Source: Meyerozyma guilliermondii (lineage: Eukaryota). Taken from it: a DNA stretch of 49,439 nucleotides. A model generated the notes under the pieces. It did no database searches. It saw only the letters and a program-made list of their open reading frames with translations, and had not been told where the DNA came from. The stretch spans positions 2,046,001-2,095,439 of the forward strand of contig CP128815.1 in assembly GCA_051546255.1 (NCBI GenBank). Reading direction: 5' to 3'. How positions within the stretch are numbered: the stretch's first letter is position 1; the number at the start of each line of letters is the position of its first letter. The position numbers were made by a program, and so were the translations under genes. Below are positions 9,988-20,641 of this stretch, in pieces.

Positions 9988-12900
9988 ATGGATCTGCTCG
10001 AAACAGAAAATTTTGGGTACAAGCTTGCCACGGAAGAAGAAGGAATCAAGGTATTTGACGATGCTTTGGATTTTAGTGAATTAGAAAGTGACTATCTAGA
10101 CCTTTTGGACCTTTCTTCATCTGGTTATGTGGTTTGTTCCAATACGAAGGATGTTGTTTTGGATAAGATTCTGACGATTGAACAACAAGAAAAGCCCAAA
10201 ATTTTGAGCGGGTTTACAAAAGTGACCCAGGTCGCTTTTAGTTACGATCAATCGCAATTATTTGTTGTGGACGATGGTATTTTATTGGCGATGTCAAGTG
10301 ATAACTTTGAGACCCCAACACGAGATAATTTTCACCGCCAACTGGAACTTGAAAATATCAATTCTATAAGACCCTCACGGCAACATAATGGCATTTTGGT
10401 GCTAACTAACGACAAAGAATTATACATTTTACAGGACAAGCATCAACAAAAAGTTTCAAGTGGTGTAAGTGCTTTTTCATGGTCAAGTCCTGAAGACAAA
10501 TTGATTACAGCAAATGGCAACACTATAAGCTTTGTGAGCCCCGATGGCAAAGTTTCCGACTCGAAACAAGCCGATGATGGTCTCGAAGCTGTATCTGTTA
10601 TAAGTCTTGGAGACAAGAAAATACTAGCATCATTCTCGAATCAAGAAGAGGATCTCGAATCTTTCGCTTTGGACGTAACGTCCCAGAGCTTTAAACCAGT
10701 GGATATTTCACCAGCGTACGCAGACACCAACCGCAGAAGCGTATACTACTCGAAACTGGTCCAGCAGTGGATTCCCAATAAGAGCATAACCTTTGTAATT
10801 TCTTCCAAGGCGACTGCTATCGATACCATTGTTCACGACGACCTGAAGGCATCTTTGGTGGAACAGATCAACGAAACTGAACGAGCCCAAATGCCCTTGG
10901 ACGACGAAGGTGAGGATGCCACGGCTGTAGGACTTGCGGTTGATTTGTCTCACGATAAAACAAAGGTTTTGGAAGTGTCAACTTCAGTAGAAGAGGCAAT
11001 TGGCGTCTTGCCGAAGCTCTGGTGTCTAACTAGTATGGGAACTCTTGTTGCTTGGTGGGTATTTGCTGCTCATGAGGTGAAGGAGAACAGTTTGAGCTTG
11101 CAGCGTGCTCAAAAGGCTATTGTGCAATTGTCGCTAAGTTTGAAACCTACTGATGCCACTGTTTCGGAACCTTCCAAAAATATCCCTGAGGCTGCTAACC
11201 CTGTGTCTTCTGAAGAGCATCAAAAACCATCTACAGCTGCACCTTCGTTCCAAAATGCACAACCCGCATTTGGAGGTTCAGGCTTTGGTGGTGCAGGTTT
11301 TGGAGGTAAAGGCACTGGAAGTACAGTTACTGGAGGAGGATTTGGAAGTTCAGGCTTTGGTAATACAGGTTTTGGTGGTACAGCTACTGCAGGAGGGTTT
11401 GGAAGCACAGGGTTTGGAAGCACAGGCTTTGGGAGCACAGGCTTTGGCTCTCTGCAAGCATCAGCATCCGGCTTTGGGCAACTGTCATTTTCATCAAAGA
11501 AAACCAGTGATGCCACTTCTGGATCTACATCAACTGTATCGTCCAATTTTGGCAAGTTCGCTACCAAGGCGTCACCTTTCGGCAGCACCAATTCCACCAA
11601 CCTGATATTTGGCGGCGATCAGAAGCTGATATTTGGGGCCCAACAAGGAGAGGTGAAGCCGTTATTTGGAGACAAAAAGTTGGATGAAACGAAACTGTTG
11701 TTTGGTAAAACGGAGCCTCAAAAGCTGATTTTTGGAGCACCTCCGGTGAACCAGGAAGAGAAGAAACTGATTGGAGAAGCTAGTGAAAACCAAGACGAGA
11801 AGAAGCCAATTGGAGAACCTACTGAAAATCAAGACAAGAAACTGATCGGAAAACCTACTGAAATTCAAGAGGAGAAGCTGATTGGAGAACCTACTGAAAA
11901 TCAAGAGAAGAAACTCGTTGGAGAATCTGTTGAAAATCAAGAACAGAACAAGCTGCTTTCCTCTGATCAAAAATTGGGACTGGAAACGGCCACAGAAGAA
12001 AGGAAAGTCGATGACATAGCTGGTGAATCCACCAAAGACTCCCCAATTTCCGGCCAGTCTCTTGATCGTTTGAGTTTAGAATCACTGGAAAAACCAAAGG
12101 CACCAAGTCCGTTCGCACAATTAGGACAGACAAAGAGTGGAGAAAAGAAGGAAGAAAGTTTAATTGCAAGGTTGAATGACAAGAAAGATACGCCAGGAAC
12201 AACCAACCTAGGTAAAGAGAGCTCTCCTTTTCCTGAACTTTCATCACTCTCAGTTGACTCTAAGAAAGAAGGAACTCTGTCTCCTTTTGGCAAAGGTTTC
12301 CATAATCGACAACAGTCAGAATCCAAGCCTGCTTTTTTGTTTGATGCTGATAAGTCTGTGGTTCGGAGTTCGGAGCCGGCAACCTCTGAATCTGACCAGA
12401 GTGACGAGCAAGAAAGTGATCTTGATACAAGCGAGCAACCAAGACTGGCAGGTCTCAATCCTATATCTGTGAACTCCTCTCGAAAGTTTCAGGTTGGTGG
12501 AAATGATGAAGAGCGTGGGTCCTTAACTGCAGAGAAGGACCAAACCTCGCTTCATAAAGATGACGAAAATGACGAAGAATGGGAAACAGTAGAGACGCCA
12601 GAGAACAGATCTGAAGTCAGTGGAGATGATGAAGATGAAGAAGAGGAAGAAGATTTTGATGATAAAGAAGGTGAAGATGAAGAGGAGGAAGAGGTTGATG
12701 ATAAAGAAGACGAGGCTAAAGATGAAGACTTGATAAATGAATACGAAATCGTGGACAAGGCGGAAGCTGAGGGCTACATAAATGTACCTGTTGAAGTGGA
12801 GCTTCTTTCTTACGGCGGACTTACGAGTAATGTTGGATCAGAGCAGAGTATTGCAGGTATGGTGAGTAAGATATACCAGGAGACGAGTGGACATTTGGAG

Positions 12901-13527
12901 ATCTTGCGTGAGAATGAAGCAATTTTGGGAGACTTTATTGATGCTCACAGTTACAGAAATGAGGACGTATCGCTCGAAGAACCAACTCAATGGACACTTG
13001 GTCTGGCCTCAGCATTGAAGGAGAAAATGGCTGATGTTCCAGAAATCACAGCTACAAACCGAGCTAAGTTTGGTAGTCTAGACGAGCGTCTCACCAACTT
13101 ACAAAACCAGGTTCGAGCATCGCAAAAGCTGCGTATTCCTCTTGAAAAGCAGCTTGCACAGCTAAAGCTGTTGACCGAGAATCTCGAATCATTTTCAGCG
13201 AAAAATCGACCACTCGATTCAAGAAGTGAAATGATGAGAGACGAACTAAGAAGAAAGGTCAAGAATGTTCAGAAATCATATAACGAAGCCTTGATGTTGC
13301 TTATGCCATTAAAGGCACAAGCTGGTACTTCGCGAGACACTGTGAAGAATTTGGAACGAGCGGTGGTGCAGTTGAGTCGGCGTATAAATACCAAGCAAGC
13401 CGAAGTGAACAAATTGACAAAAGATATCCAAGCCATGAACCTTGGCGAGCCAAGAATGATCGAAACCAAGCCTTTATCCACCTACGATATACGAAGAAAG
13501 TGGCATGATTATTACAGTGAGTTGTAG
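9988..13527 (+). CDS. NUP159: FG-nucleoporin Nup159
   Basis: N-terminal beta-propeller-like region; GFG/SxFG/SPF repeats (SIFG/SLFG once CTG is read as Ser); acidic linker; C-terminal coiled coil. Confidence 0.88.
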   Translation: MDLLETENFGYKLATEEEGIKVFDDALDFSELESDYLDLLDLSSSGYVVCSNTKDVVLDKILTIEQQEKPKILSGFTKVTQVAFSYDQSQLFVVDDGILLAMSSDNFETPTRDNFHRQLELENINSIRPSRQHNGILVLTNDKELYILQDKHQQKVSSGVSAFSWSSPEDKLITANGNTISFVSPDGKVSDSKQADDGLEAVSVISLGDKKILASFSNQEEDLESFALDVTSQSFKPVDISPAYADTNRRSVYYSKLVQQWIPNKSITFVISSKATAIDTIVHDDLKASLVEQINETERAQMPLDDEGEDATAVGLAVDLSHDKTKVLEVSTSVEEAIGVLPKLWCLTSMGTLVAWWVFAAHEVKENSLSLQRAQKAIVQLSLSLKPTDATVSEPSKNIPEAANPVSSEEHQKPSTAAPSFQNAQPAFGGSGFGGAGFGGKGTGSTVTGGGFGSSGFGNTGFGGTATAGGFGSTGFGSTGFGSTGFGSLQASASGFGQLSFSSKKTSDATSGSTSTVSSNFGKFATKASPFGSTNSTNLIFGGDQKLIFGAQQGEVKPLFGDKKLDETKLLFGKTEPQKLIFGAPPVNQEEKKLIGEASENQDEKKPIGEPTENQDKKLIGKPTEIQEEKLIGEPTENQEKKLVGESVENQEQNKLLSSDQKLGLETATEERKVDDIAGESTKDSPISGQSLDRLSLESLEKPKAPSPFAQLGQTKSGEKKEESLIARLNDKKDTPGTTNLGKESSPFPELSSLSVDSKKEGTLSPFGKGFHNRQQSESKPAFLFDADKSVVRSSEPATSESDQSDEQESDLDTSEQPRLAGLNPISVNSSRKFQVGGNDEERGSLTAEKDQTSLHKDDENDEEWETVETPENRSEVSGDDEDEEEEEDFDDKEGEDEEEEEVDDKEDEAKDEDLINEYEIVDKAEAEGYINVPVEVELLSYGGLTSNVGSEQSIAGMVSKIYQETSGHLEILRENEAILGDFIDAHSYRNEDVSLEEPTQWTLGLASALKEKMADVPEITATNRAKFGSLDERLTNLQNQVRASQKLRIPLEKQLAQLKLLTENLESFSAKNRPLDSRSEMMRDELRRKVKNVQKSYNEALMLLMPLKAQAGTSRDTVKNLERAVVQLSRRINTKQAEVNKLTKDIQAMNLGEPRMIETKPLSTYDIRRKWHDYYSEL

Positions 13528-13839
13528 CTCGAGCGGGCTACAAAAAGTTCTTCATAATCGCATACACCTAAGTTGCCAAATAGACCACCATAGCTAATCA
13601 TTAGTTCATAAGTTCAGTAATACCTGCGAATATATACAATTTGCGTACTACTTATATACAAATTTTCTACAAGTTTCCTACATGATCCGCTCTTCACATA
13701 ACACATTTCAAACATTAACCTATGTATTCACGCAATATTCCCAGATCCCTATTTTCGGGTTTGTCTACTGAGTGTGCACTTGTCTGCTCATTGTTTTCGT
13801 GCAGGCCGTCTATTTATTCTCGCATCGCGCTCGTTCTTT

Positions 13840-14787
13840 ATGGATCTTGTAGGCACACAGGTGACGGTTCCCGGATCACGAGGACATGGTATACTTCGAT
13901 ATTACGGACCTATCGACGGCAAAGCTGGAGTATTCGGGGGCATAGAATTGATAGGTCCTTTGGCAACTTCCCGCGGAAAAAACTCAGGAAATGTTGATGG
14001 TGTACAATATTTTGATGTCAAGATTCCCCAAACTGGGTTATTTATTCCGTGGGAAAGGCTCAGGAGTTCGAACCCCCAGTTGGACAACGACACGAGTGGT
14101 CGTATAAGTCGCCAAAGTAGCGGAAATGGACGCCAATTGCATATACCGAAGAGAAGCACCCAGTCTACACCCGAGAAAAACCGAGATTCCAGGCAAGAAG
14201 CGTTGTTTTACAAACAACAGTACGAGACGTTGAAGGAAGAAACGGAGAAAAAATCAGCAATTCTTACAGAACTTCAAAGAACAGTGGCTGAACTCGAACC
14301 GTTGCTTGAAGAGTACGAGAGAGACCTTCAAGAACGAGACAAAAAATTGGCCAAACAAAGAGCCGAGTTTGAACGAGCTCGGGAAAACTGGCGTGAAAGC
14401 ATGGACTTGATGTCTTCGACTCAGCAAGAAACGGAACTTTTTTACGAAGAAAAATTGAAAGAATTGGAGGGAGGTGCCAACATCGAGGCATTGAAAAAAC
14501 TCCACGAAAAAGAGATTGACGAGCTCCAACGCAAGCTCGAAGCATCACAGAGTCGGGTTGAAACGCTAGAGAAGCAACTCGAAGCCGAAAAGAACAAAAA
14601 CGATAGAAAAGCGTTGGATGATATTCTGACGAAAATGGCCCATACCTCACTTAATAACAACCAACTTCCAATTTACGAGCCCAAAAAGCAAACCGACCCG
14701 AGCACGGGGAGAGACAATTGGTGCGGGCTCTGCGAACAAGACGGCCACGTAGCACTGGAATGCCCGTATGAAAATGATGCCTTTTGA
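13840..14787 (+). CDS. BIK1: CAP-Gly microtubule plus-end protein (CLIP-170/Bik1)
   Basis: GKNSGNVDGVQYF CAP-Gly motif, long coiled coil, C-terminal zinc knuckle WCGLCEQDGH…CPYENDAF; first ATG at 13840. Confidence 0.88.
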   Translation: MDLVGTQVTVPGSRGHGILRYYGPIDGKAGVFGGIELIGPLATSRGKNSGNVDGVQYFDVKIPQTGLFIPWERLRSSNPQLDNDTSGRISRQSSGNGRQLHIPKRSTQSTPEKNRDSRQEALFYKQQYETLKEETEKKSAILTELQRTVAELEPLLEEYERDLQERDKKLAKQRAEFERARENWRESMDLMSSTQQETELFYEEKLKELEGGANIEALKKLHEKEIDELQRKLEASQSRVETLEKQLEAEKNKNDRKALDDILTKMAHTSLNNNQLPIYEPKKQTDPSTGRDNWCGLCEQDGHVALECPYENDAF

Positions 14788-14867
14788 AAGTGTGGAGAAA
14801 TATGGGGCATTATGCAGTACTGAAATTATATGATCTTCATGAGTCAGACTTGCTCTCATTAACCAAG

Positions 14868-15731
14868 ATGAAGTTTAAGCAAGTTGACGTTTTTACCAAC
14901 AAAAAGTACTTTGGCAACCCCGTTGCGGTCTTTTTCGATGCCGACAACTTGAATCTGGACCAAATGCAGACAATTGCCCGGTGGACCAATTTATCCGAGA
15001 CAACATTTATTTTGAAACCAACCGAAAAAAGTGCTGATTACAACGTGAGAATCTTCACACCAACCAGCGAACTTCCGTTTGCCGGACACCCCACGCTCGG
15101 AACTTGCTTTGCGTTACTTGAAGGTGGACTTATTAAGCCGCACGATGGTCGGATTGTGCAACAATGCGGAGCTGGATTAGTGGAAATCACTATTGACGAG
15201 TGTGAAACCTTAGCGGAATCGAAGCTCTGGCTCAAGTTGCCGTACCATAAAGTAAGCCCGGTAGGAGACGAAGAAATTGCCGATCTCAAGCGGGTTTTGC
15301 AAATTGACACTTTTGTCGAAGAGCCCATTTCGGTGGATGATGGACCCAAATGGCTCACTCTACAATTGCAAGATGGTGAGCAGGTCAAGAAAGTCAGGCC
15401 AGATATGGCGGAACTTTCAAAAATTTCGGAAAAATACGGCTGGACTGGGGTGGGCATTTTTGGATGGTACCAAGATGGACAATTGGAACTTCGCAATTTG
15501 GCACCTTTTTATGGAGTACCGGAGGATCCAGCATGTGGAAGTGGTTCTGGTGCTGTGGGCACTTTTTTGGCACATTATTCCGGTCCCAAAACTGCAACGG
15601 TGCAACAAGGCGGATGCATTGGTCGCGATGCGAGAATCTCGGTCCGAGTGTCCGAAACAGGCGACTCCGCATTTGACGTATTTGTCGGTGGACATGCGGT
15701 CACGTGCATATCGGGAGATTATTCACTGTAA
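14868..15731 (+). CDS. YHI9: PhzF/diaminopimelate-epimerase-like protein
   Basis: QVDVFT…GNPVAV, WTNLSETTF, RIFTPTSELPFAGHPTLG, EDPACGSG; ATG at 14868. A TGAGTCA (Gcn4-type) site lies at 14840-14846. Confidence 0.9.
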   Translation: MKFKQVDVFTNKKYFGNPVAVFFDADNLNLDQMQTIARWTNLSETTFILKPTEKSADYNVRIFTPTSELPFAGHPTLGTCFALLEGGLIKPHDGRIVQQCGAGLVEITIDECETLAESKLWLKLPYHKVSPVGDEEIADLKRVLQIDTFVEEPISVDDGPKWLTLQLQDGEQVKKVRPDMAELSKISEKYGWTGVGIFGWYQDGQLELRNLAPFYGVPEDPACGSGSGAVGTFLAHYSGPKTATVQQGGCIGRDARISVRVSETGDSAFDVFVGGHAVTCISGDYSL

Positions 15732-15777
15732 TTATGCCGCTTAAAACCCGGTGTGTGGGATTGGCTGATTATTTTTC

Positions 15778-17439
15778 ATGAGATTTCCGAGGTCAGGTTT
15801 ACGAATTGGGTCGAGATGGGGGTCGCGCGGGCTCCATTGGAGAGCTGGGGCACCTAGAATGTGGCCCAAGTTGCCCAATGCTCATTTTACAGCTGGTGCT
15901 ATTATCGCCGGTTCTTTGGCTTTTGCGGCAATTGCAGGCGAAAAAGACTTTATTAGGTTGGATACGGCCCAACAGGGAAGAGAAATCACCGTTGATGAAT
16001 TACAGAAACATAACAATGAAGAGGACGGTGTATGGGTATGTATCAATGGACTTGTCTATGACTTGACAGACTTTCTACCAATGCACCCAGGAGGAGCCAA
16101 AATCATTCTTCACTATGCTGGTAAGAACGCCTCTACAATTTTCAACAAGTTTCATGCCAAGGACGTTTTCACCAAATTTCTCGATCCGGAGAAATGCTTG
16201 GGTCCTCTTGTGGGAGATTTGGAACCCGCCGAGGACATTACTGCGAGCGAAGAAGATGAAGAGCGGGAGCAACTCCGAGGACAATTGCCCAAATTGTCCA
16301 AAGTTTTCAACATTTCCGACTTTGAGTACCTTTCCAAACGGATTCTTACTCCGCATGCATGGGCCTACTATTCCAGCGCAGCCGACGACGAGATCACATT
16401 GAGAGAAAACCACTATGCCTTTAGTCGTATTTTCTTCAACCCCAAGGTGCTCACAGATGTTTCTGATGTGGACATTAGTACTGAATTTTTGGGAGTAAAA
16501 TCCTCTGCTCCATTCTACTGTTCAGCCGCGGCCCAAGCTCGTATGGGTAACGAGGATGGAGAACTTTCTATTGCTCGGGGATGTGGAAACGAGGGCATTA
16601 TCCAGATGATTTCGTCGACTGCGTCGTACTCGTTGGGGGAAATCGTCGAGGCAGCCAGAAAAAACCAGCCTCAATGGTTCCAATTGTATGTCAATGAAGA
16701 CAGAGACATTTCTTATAACACTATCAAGCAATGTGAAAAGCTCGGGCTCAAGGCAATTTTTGTGACGGTGGACACTGCTATGCTTCGTCGGAGAGAAAAG
16801 GACTTGAAGTTTAGGTTGTTTGACGATGAAGACGAGGTTAGCTCAACCGAATCGCATGCTGACGATCCACTCATGAACTTTAAAGACGTGCGGTTGACCT
16901 GGGAAGACATTGATAAGTTCAAGTCGATGACGAAGCTTCCTATTGTAATAAAAGGCGTCCAGCGGGTTCAAGACGTGTTGCTAGCCATTGACCATGGGGT
17001 AGACGCAGTAGTATTGTCGAACCACGGCGGACGGCAGCTCGATTTTTCTCGTGCTCCCGTCGAGGTTTTGGCGGATGTGATGCCGGTTCTCAAGGAAAAG
17101 AAGTTGGAAGAGAAAATCGAAGTGTATATTGATGGAGGGATCCGTCGTGGAACCGATGTATTAAAGGCATTATGCTTGGGTGCAAAAGGCGTGGGATTGG
17201 GCCGGCCATTCCTCTACGCCAATTCCACCTATGGTGAACAAGGTGTCACGAGAGCCATCCAGTTGCTCAAGCGCGAGCTTCTTCTTGATATGAAGTTGCT
17301 TGGGGTCAGTAAACTCAGTGACTTGACGCCAGAGCTTTTGGACTTGAGAAGTTTGCACAATAGAACCGCACCTCCAGACATGCTATACAATGCCGGGTAC
17401 GAACCGTTGGCACCTCCCAAGTTTTTGAACGAGACATAG
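15778..17439 (+). CDS. Flavocytochrome b2 family (L-lactate/2-hydroxy-acid:cytochrome c oxidoreductase), CYB2-like
   Basis: Presequence plus hydrophobic segment; cytochrome b5 domain (HN…WV…YDLT…HPGG); FMN domain with WFQLY, IKG, SNHGGRQLD, DGGIRRGTD. Confidence 0.93.
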   Translation: MRFPRSGLRIGSRWGSRGLHWRAGAPRMWPKLPNAHFTAGAIIAGSLAFAAIAGEKDFIRLDTAQQGREITVDELQKHNNEEDGVWVCINGLVYDLTDFLPMHPGGAKIILHYAGKNASTIFNKFHAKDVFTKFLDPEKCLGPLVGDLEPAEDITASEEDEEREQLRGQLPKLSKVFNISDFEYLSKRILTPHAWAYYSSAADDEITLRENHYAFSRIFFNPKVLTDVSDVDISTEFLGVKSSAPFYCSAAAQARMGNEDGELSIARGCGNEGIIQMISSTASYSLGEIVEAARKNQPQWFQLYVNEDRDISYNTIKQCEKLGLKAIFVTVDTAMLRRREKDLKFRLFDDEDEVSSTESHADDPLMNFKDVRLTWEDIDKFKSMTKLPIVIKGVQRVQDVLLAIDHGVDAVVLSNHGGRQLDFSRAPVEVLADVMPVLKEKKLEEKIEVYIDGGIRRGTDVLKALCLGAKGVGLGRPFLYANSTYGEQGVTRAIQLLKRELLLDMKLLGVSKLSDLTPELLDLRSLHNRTAPPDMLYNAGYEPLAPPKFLNET

Positions 17440-17441
17440 AC

Positions 17442-18629
17442 TCAGGTATTTAGAAAATCCATGAAATCCATTTCCGAGCCTGAAGTAGAGGCGTGGTCGG
17501 GTTCTTGATTTTTCACGGCGGGTTGATTTTGCGCTGGCGGAGTGAACTCGAAACCGGTATTCACTTCATTTTTCCACGGTTTTTCTCGTAAGAGGAAAAC
17601 TAGCGTATCCACGGTGCAATTGAAAGGTTGCATGAACGCGGCTATGAAGGTGATCCACATTACTGGACGTCGACTGGTACCGTACTTCAAGTCCATGGCA
17701 TGGACGACCAAAGGTGCTATCCACAAAAACACATATGATATTGGATATATGAAAATCAACTTCATCTGGCGTTCTGCGATGGTGCGACGAGTCTTGAAGC
17801 TGTTATAGGCGTCGTTTAGCCCGAATTTTTGTGGTCCGGAAACCTCACTACTGACGTCGCTAGCCAATTCCACATTGGAAAATAAAATAAAAGTTAACAT
17901 TTTCAAGGACCGTTTCCATAACCGTTCACCTTTTTTGCCCCCCCGCAACCTTCGAGCCACGACACTATATTGTTTAGTAACGTGGCGATAAACGCATCCG
18001 TAAATGACAAATATTGCAACTATGATGATGTAGCGAGGCACCCAACTCAACGCCAATCGGCACCAAACTGCCTCCGTGGACAAGTAGCACCAATTAGTCA
18101 ATGGGGTGTAGCTGATAGGACTGGCAAAAGCCAAGGAAGCCAAAAGAATGGGGATGACAATGGACACAATATAGACGTAATTTCGGTACGGATACAAGCC
18201 ACCTTCTGTGGCAGAACCAGTGTTCACCTTGACATTTGGACGATAGATGAGGAGTGCCACATGGACAGCAAAGCTGACAATAGCCAAGTCTGAGCCCTCA
18301 ATGGACATGGCGGTGAAAAATCCCACCACTTTGCAAAACGGAACATCATAATAAACCGAACTTCTTGCAATCACTCGTGCGGGATACATTAATAGAAACA
18401 ACGCCTTGATGAAGTCATACGATACTAAGAAAAGAATCAACTGGTGCCTAAAGATGAGTTTTCTGTTGCGGCTGAGTCGCCAAAAAAAGTACAACGAAAT
18501 TAGTCCAGAAATCAACGACAACGACGACGATACAATCGACAAGGTGCGACTTACTAGAGCCTCATGTTCAGTATATCGCCTCACATCCAGGGTGATCTCG
18601 TCCAGCCGGGCAAATAGCAAGTTGCACAT
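17442..18629 (-). CDS. Gpr1/Git3-family G-protein-coupled receptor (short form)
   Basis: Seven hydrophobic segments; LIFRHQLILFL, FCKVVGFF, EGGLYPYR, WCYL, RLALSWVPRY, IFIYPISYVFLW, PFNCTVDTLVFLLREKPW; first ATG at 18629. Confidence 0.88.
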   Translation of the reverse strand: MCNLLFARLDEITLDVRRYTEHEALVSRTLSIVSSSLSLISGLISLYFFWRLSRNRKLIFRHQLILFLVSYDFIKALFLLMYPARVIARSSVYYDVPFCKVVGFFTAMSIEGSDLAIVSFAVHVALLIYRPNVKVNTGSATEGGLYPYRNYVYIVSIVIPILLASLAFASPISYTPLTNWCYLSTEAVWCRLALSWVPRYIIIVAIFVIYGCVYRHVTKQYSVVARRLRGGKKGERLWKRSLKMLTFILFSNVELASDVSSEVSGPQKFGLNDAYNSFKTRRTIAERQMKLIFIYPISYVFLWIAPLVVHAMDLKYGTSRRPVMWITFIAAFMQPFNCTVDTLVFLLREKPWKNEVNTGFEFTPPAQNQPAVKNQEPDHASTSGSEMDFMDFLNT

Positions 18630-18913
18630 TACAGGAAACCTGGGGTGCAAGGGACCATAACTGAAAAAAATCAGATGTCACTCGGGAATTTTCGCACTGG
18701 TCTTGGCATTTTTCATTTTTCATTTTGCAGTTCTAGAGAGCTGGAGAGGGTTCCGCTGACGTAATCGGATAGGAATATTTTATGCCAATCGATGGGGAAG
18801 TATGGGGTGGCTGCTTTGTTCCAGATCGGGGAACCTGAAATGCCACGATGAGTAATACGCTGATCTAAAACGTGAATAGAGGCGAAATTACGGCGCTAGC
18901 GGGTAATTAGGTG

Positions 18914-18982
18914 CTGTGGCACCGTTATCCGTGTGGCTGCAAAATGTGGCTCAGAAGTGGGGCTCCATGGGGTATATATAAA
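18914..18982 (+). promoter_or_regulatory. Three TGTGGC (Met31/Met32-type) sites plus TATA box upstream of the TauD gene
   Basis: CTGTGGC 18914-20, TGTGGC 18932-37, AAAATGTGGC 18941-50, TATATATAAA 18973-82. Confidence 0.7.
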
Positions 18983-19014
18983 CTTAATATTTGAAACTAT
19001 ATTGCACCCTTGAA

Positions 19015-20307
19015 ATGAGTTACAGCTACAGACAAAACGGTGCAGAGCTTGACGACCCTTTGTTCATTGAAGAGTTCAAAAAGGCTTTGAAATTAGGCAA
19101 GGTTGCCAGGGCCGTGGACCTCGAGGAAGTAAGGCAACATGTCAAGTATCCCGAATATTTGTCACCTTTTAAGCTTGAGGATGAAGGTAAATACAATGCT
19201 TTTGCCAATCCTGATGGCGCCAAGAACGATAAGGGCCATTTGGGAGATCCTAGTTTCAAAAACTTGTTCTACAACAAGGACGCAAAGACATTTGATCTCT
19301 CTCCTAACTTTGGAACTGAGATCGATGGGATTCAATTGAGCAAGCTCGACGATGCAGGAAAGAACGACTTGGCACTTTACTTGGCTACTCGTGGTTTAGC
19401 TGTGTTCCATGACCAGGATTTCAGAGACAAGGGACCAGAATTTGCGAGAGAATTTGGTAGATATTTTGGACCGCTTCATATCCATCCTGTTGCCTACTCA
19501 ATTGATGGGTACCCTGAACTTTTGGTGACTTTCAGAAAGGAAGGTGGTCCAGAACGGTACGAGGGAGAATTTGCTAGCAGGACAACTCTGGTGGGTTGGC
19601 ACTCCGATATCAGTTTTGAAGAATACCCATCTTCTTTTTCGTTTTTCGTTGCGCTTGAAGCTCCCGAATCCGGCGGTGATACCGTTTATGCTGATACTCG
19701 AGAAGCTTATAGAAGACTTTCGCCCGAGTTTCAAAAGTTGCTTGAAGGGCTTACTGCCATCCACACCAATTACTACCAAAACAAGTTTTCTGCGTTAACC
19801 GGAGGGGTCGCTAGAGTCAAAAAGGACTACTTTACCGAGCACCCCTTGGTCAGAACCCATCCTGTTACAGGTGAAAAATCGCTCTTCTTTTCAAAAGGAT
19901 TTGTCAAGTCAATCAAGGGTCTTAAAGGACCCGAGTCGAGTGCTATACTCAACTTTTTGGATGCTCATATTAACAGCACCGACTTCCAGGTAAGAGCCCA
20001 ACACCGTGGAACTCTGGGAGCCACTGTGATTGCCTGGGATAATCGTATTGTGTTGCACACTGCCATTGCCGACTTTTTGCGTCACAAGACTGGTCACCGT
20101 CACCACTTTAGGATTACTGTTCTTGGCGAGAAGCCATATTTGGACAGGGAAACTAAGGAAGAGAAGGAAAATGGACAAAATGGACAAAATGGACATGAAA
20201 ATGGACACTCTAATGGACATGCCAATGGACATGCCAATGGACATGCGAATGGACATGCCAATGGACATGCGAATGGACATGCGAATGGAAGTTCCAATGG
20301 AAATTAA
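19015..20307 (+). CDS. Fe(II)/2-oxoglutarate sulfonate dioxygenase (TauD/Jlp1 family)
   Basis: WHSD (HxD), [25 protein letters not shown] distal His, terminal R; ATG at 19015. Confidence 0.93.
   Translation: MSYSYRQNGAELDDPLFIEEFKKALKLGKVARAVDLEEVRQHVKYPEYLSPFKLEDEGKYNAFANPDGAKNDKGHLGDPSFKNLFYNKDAKTFDLSPNFGTEIDGIQLSKLDDAGKNDLALYLATRGLAVFHDQDFRDKGPEFAREFGRYFGPLHIHPVAYSIDGYPELLVTFRKEGGPERYEGEFASRTTLVGWHSDISFEEYPSSFSFFVALEAPESGGDTVYADTREAYRRLSPEFQKLLEGLTAIHTNYYQNKFSALTGGVARVKKDYFTEHPLVRTHPVTGEKSLFFSKGFVKSIKGLKGPESSAILNFLDAHINSTDFQVRAQHRGTLGATVIAWDNRIVLHTAIADFLRHKTGHRHHFRITVLGEKPYLDRETKEEKENGQNGQNGHENGHSNGHANGHANGHANGHANGHANGHANGSSNGN
20170..20304 (+). repeat. Coding tandem repeat (AATGGACATGC(C/G)) encoding an NGH(A) tail
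   Basis: Six 12-bp NGHA units plus [11 protein letters not shown] variants at the end of the TauD ORF. Confidence 0.95.
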
Positions 20308-20641
20308 AAACCATTTGAAATGGTCAATTGTCCAAACTAGTTACTTTTCAATTTATCCAAATCTTAGCTTTCCGTTTATGCAATTTCTTTCCTTTATTCA
20401 ATTCCATATTCAATTTATGCAATTCCTCGATCTATTCAGCGCCTCTAATTTTGAGTCTACAAAAAACTAGAATATCTTGATAAAATGAATCAAAAACTAA
20501 AATGTAGAAAGTTATAATAAATCAATTCCTTTCAATCTTTTTACACTTTTCAATCTATTCACCACCTTTCCACAATCCTACAACCTACCCATCTCACGTT
20601 TTCAGTTCATATTCCAAACTTTATTCAGTCTGCCCTTGCGT

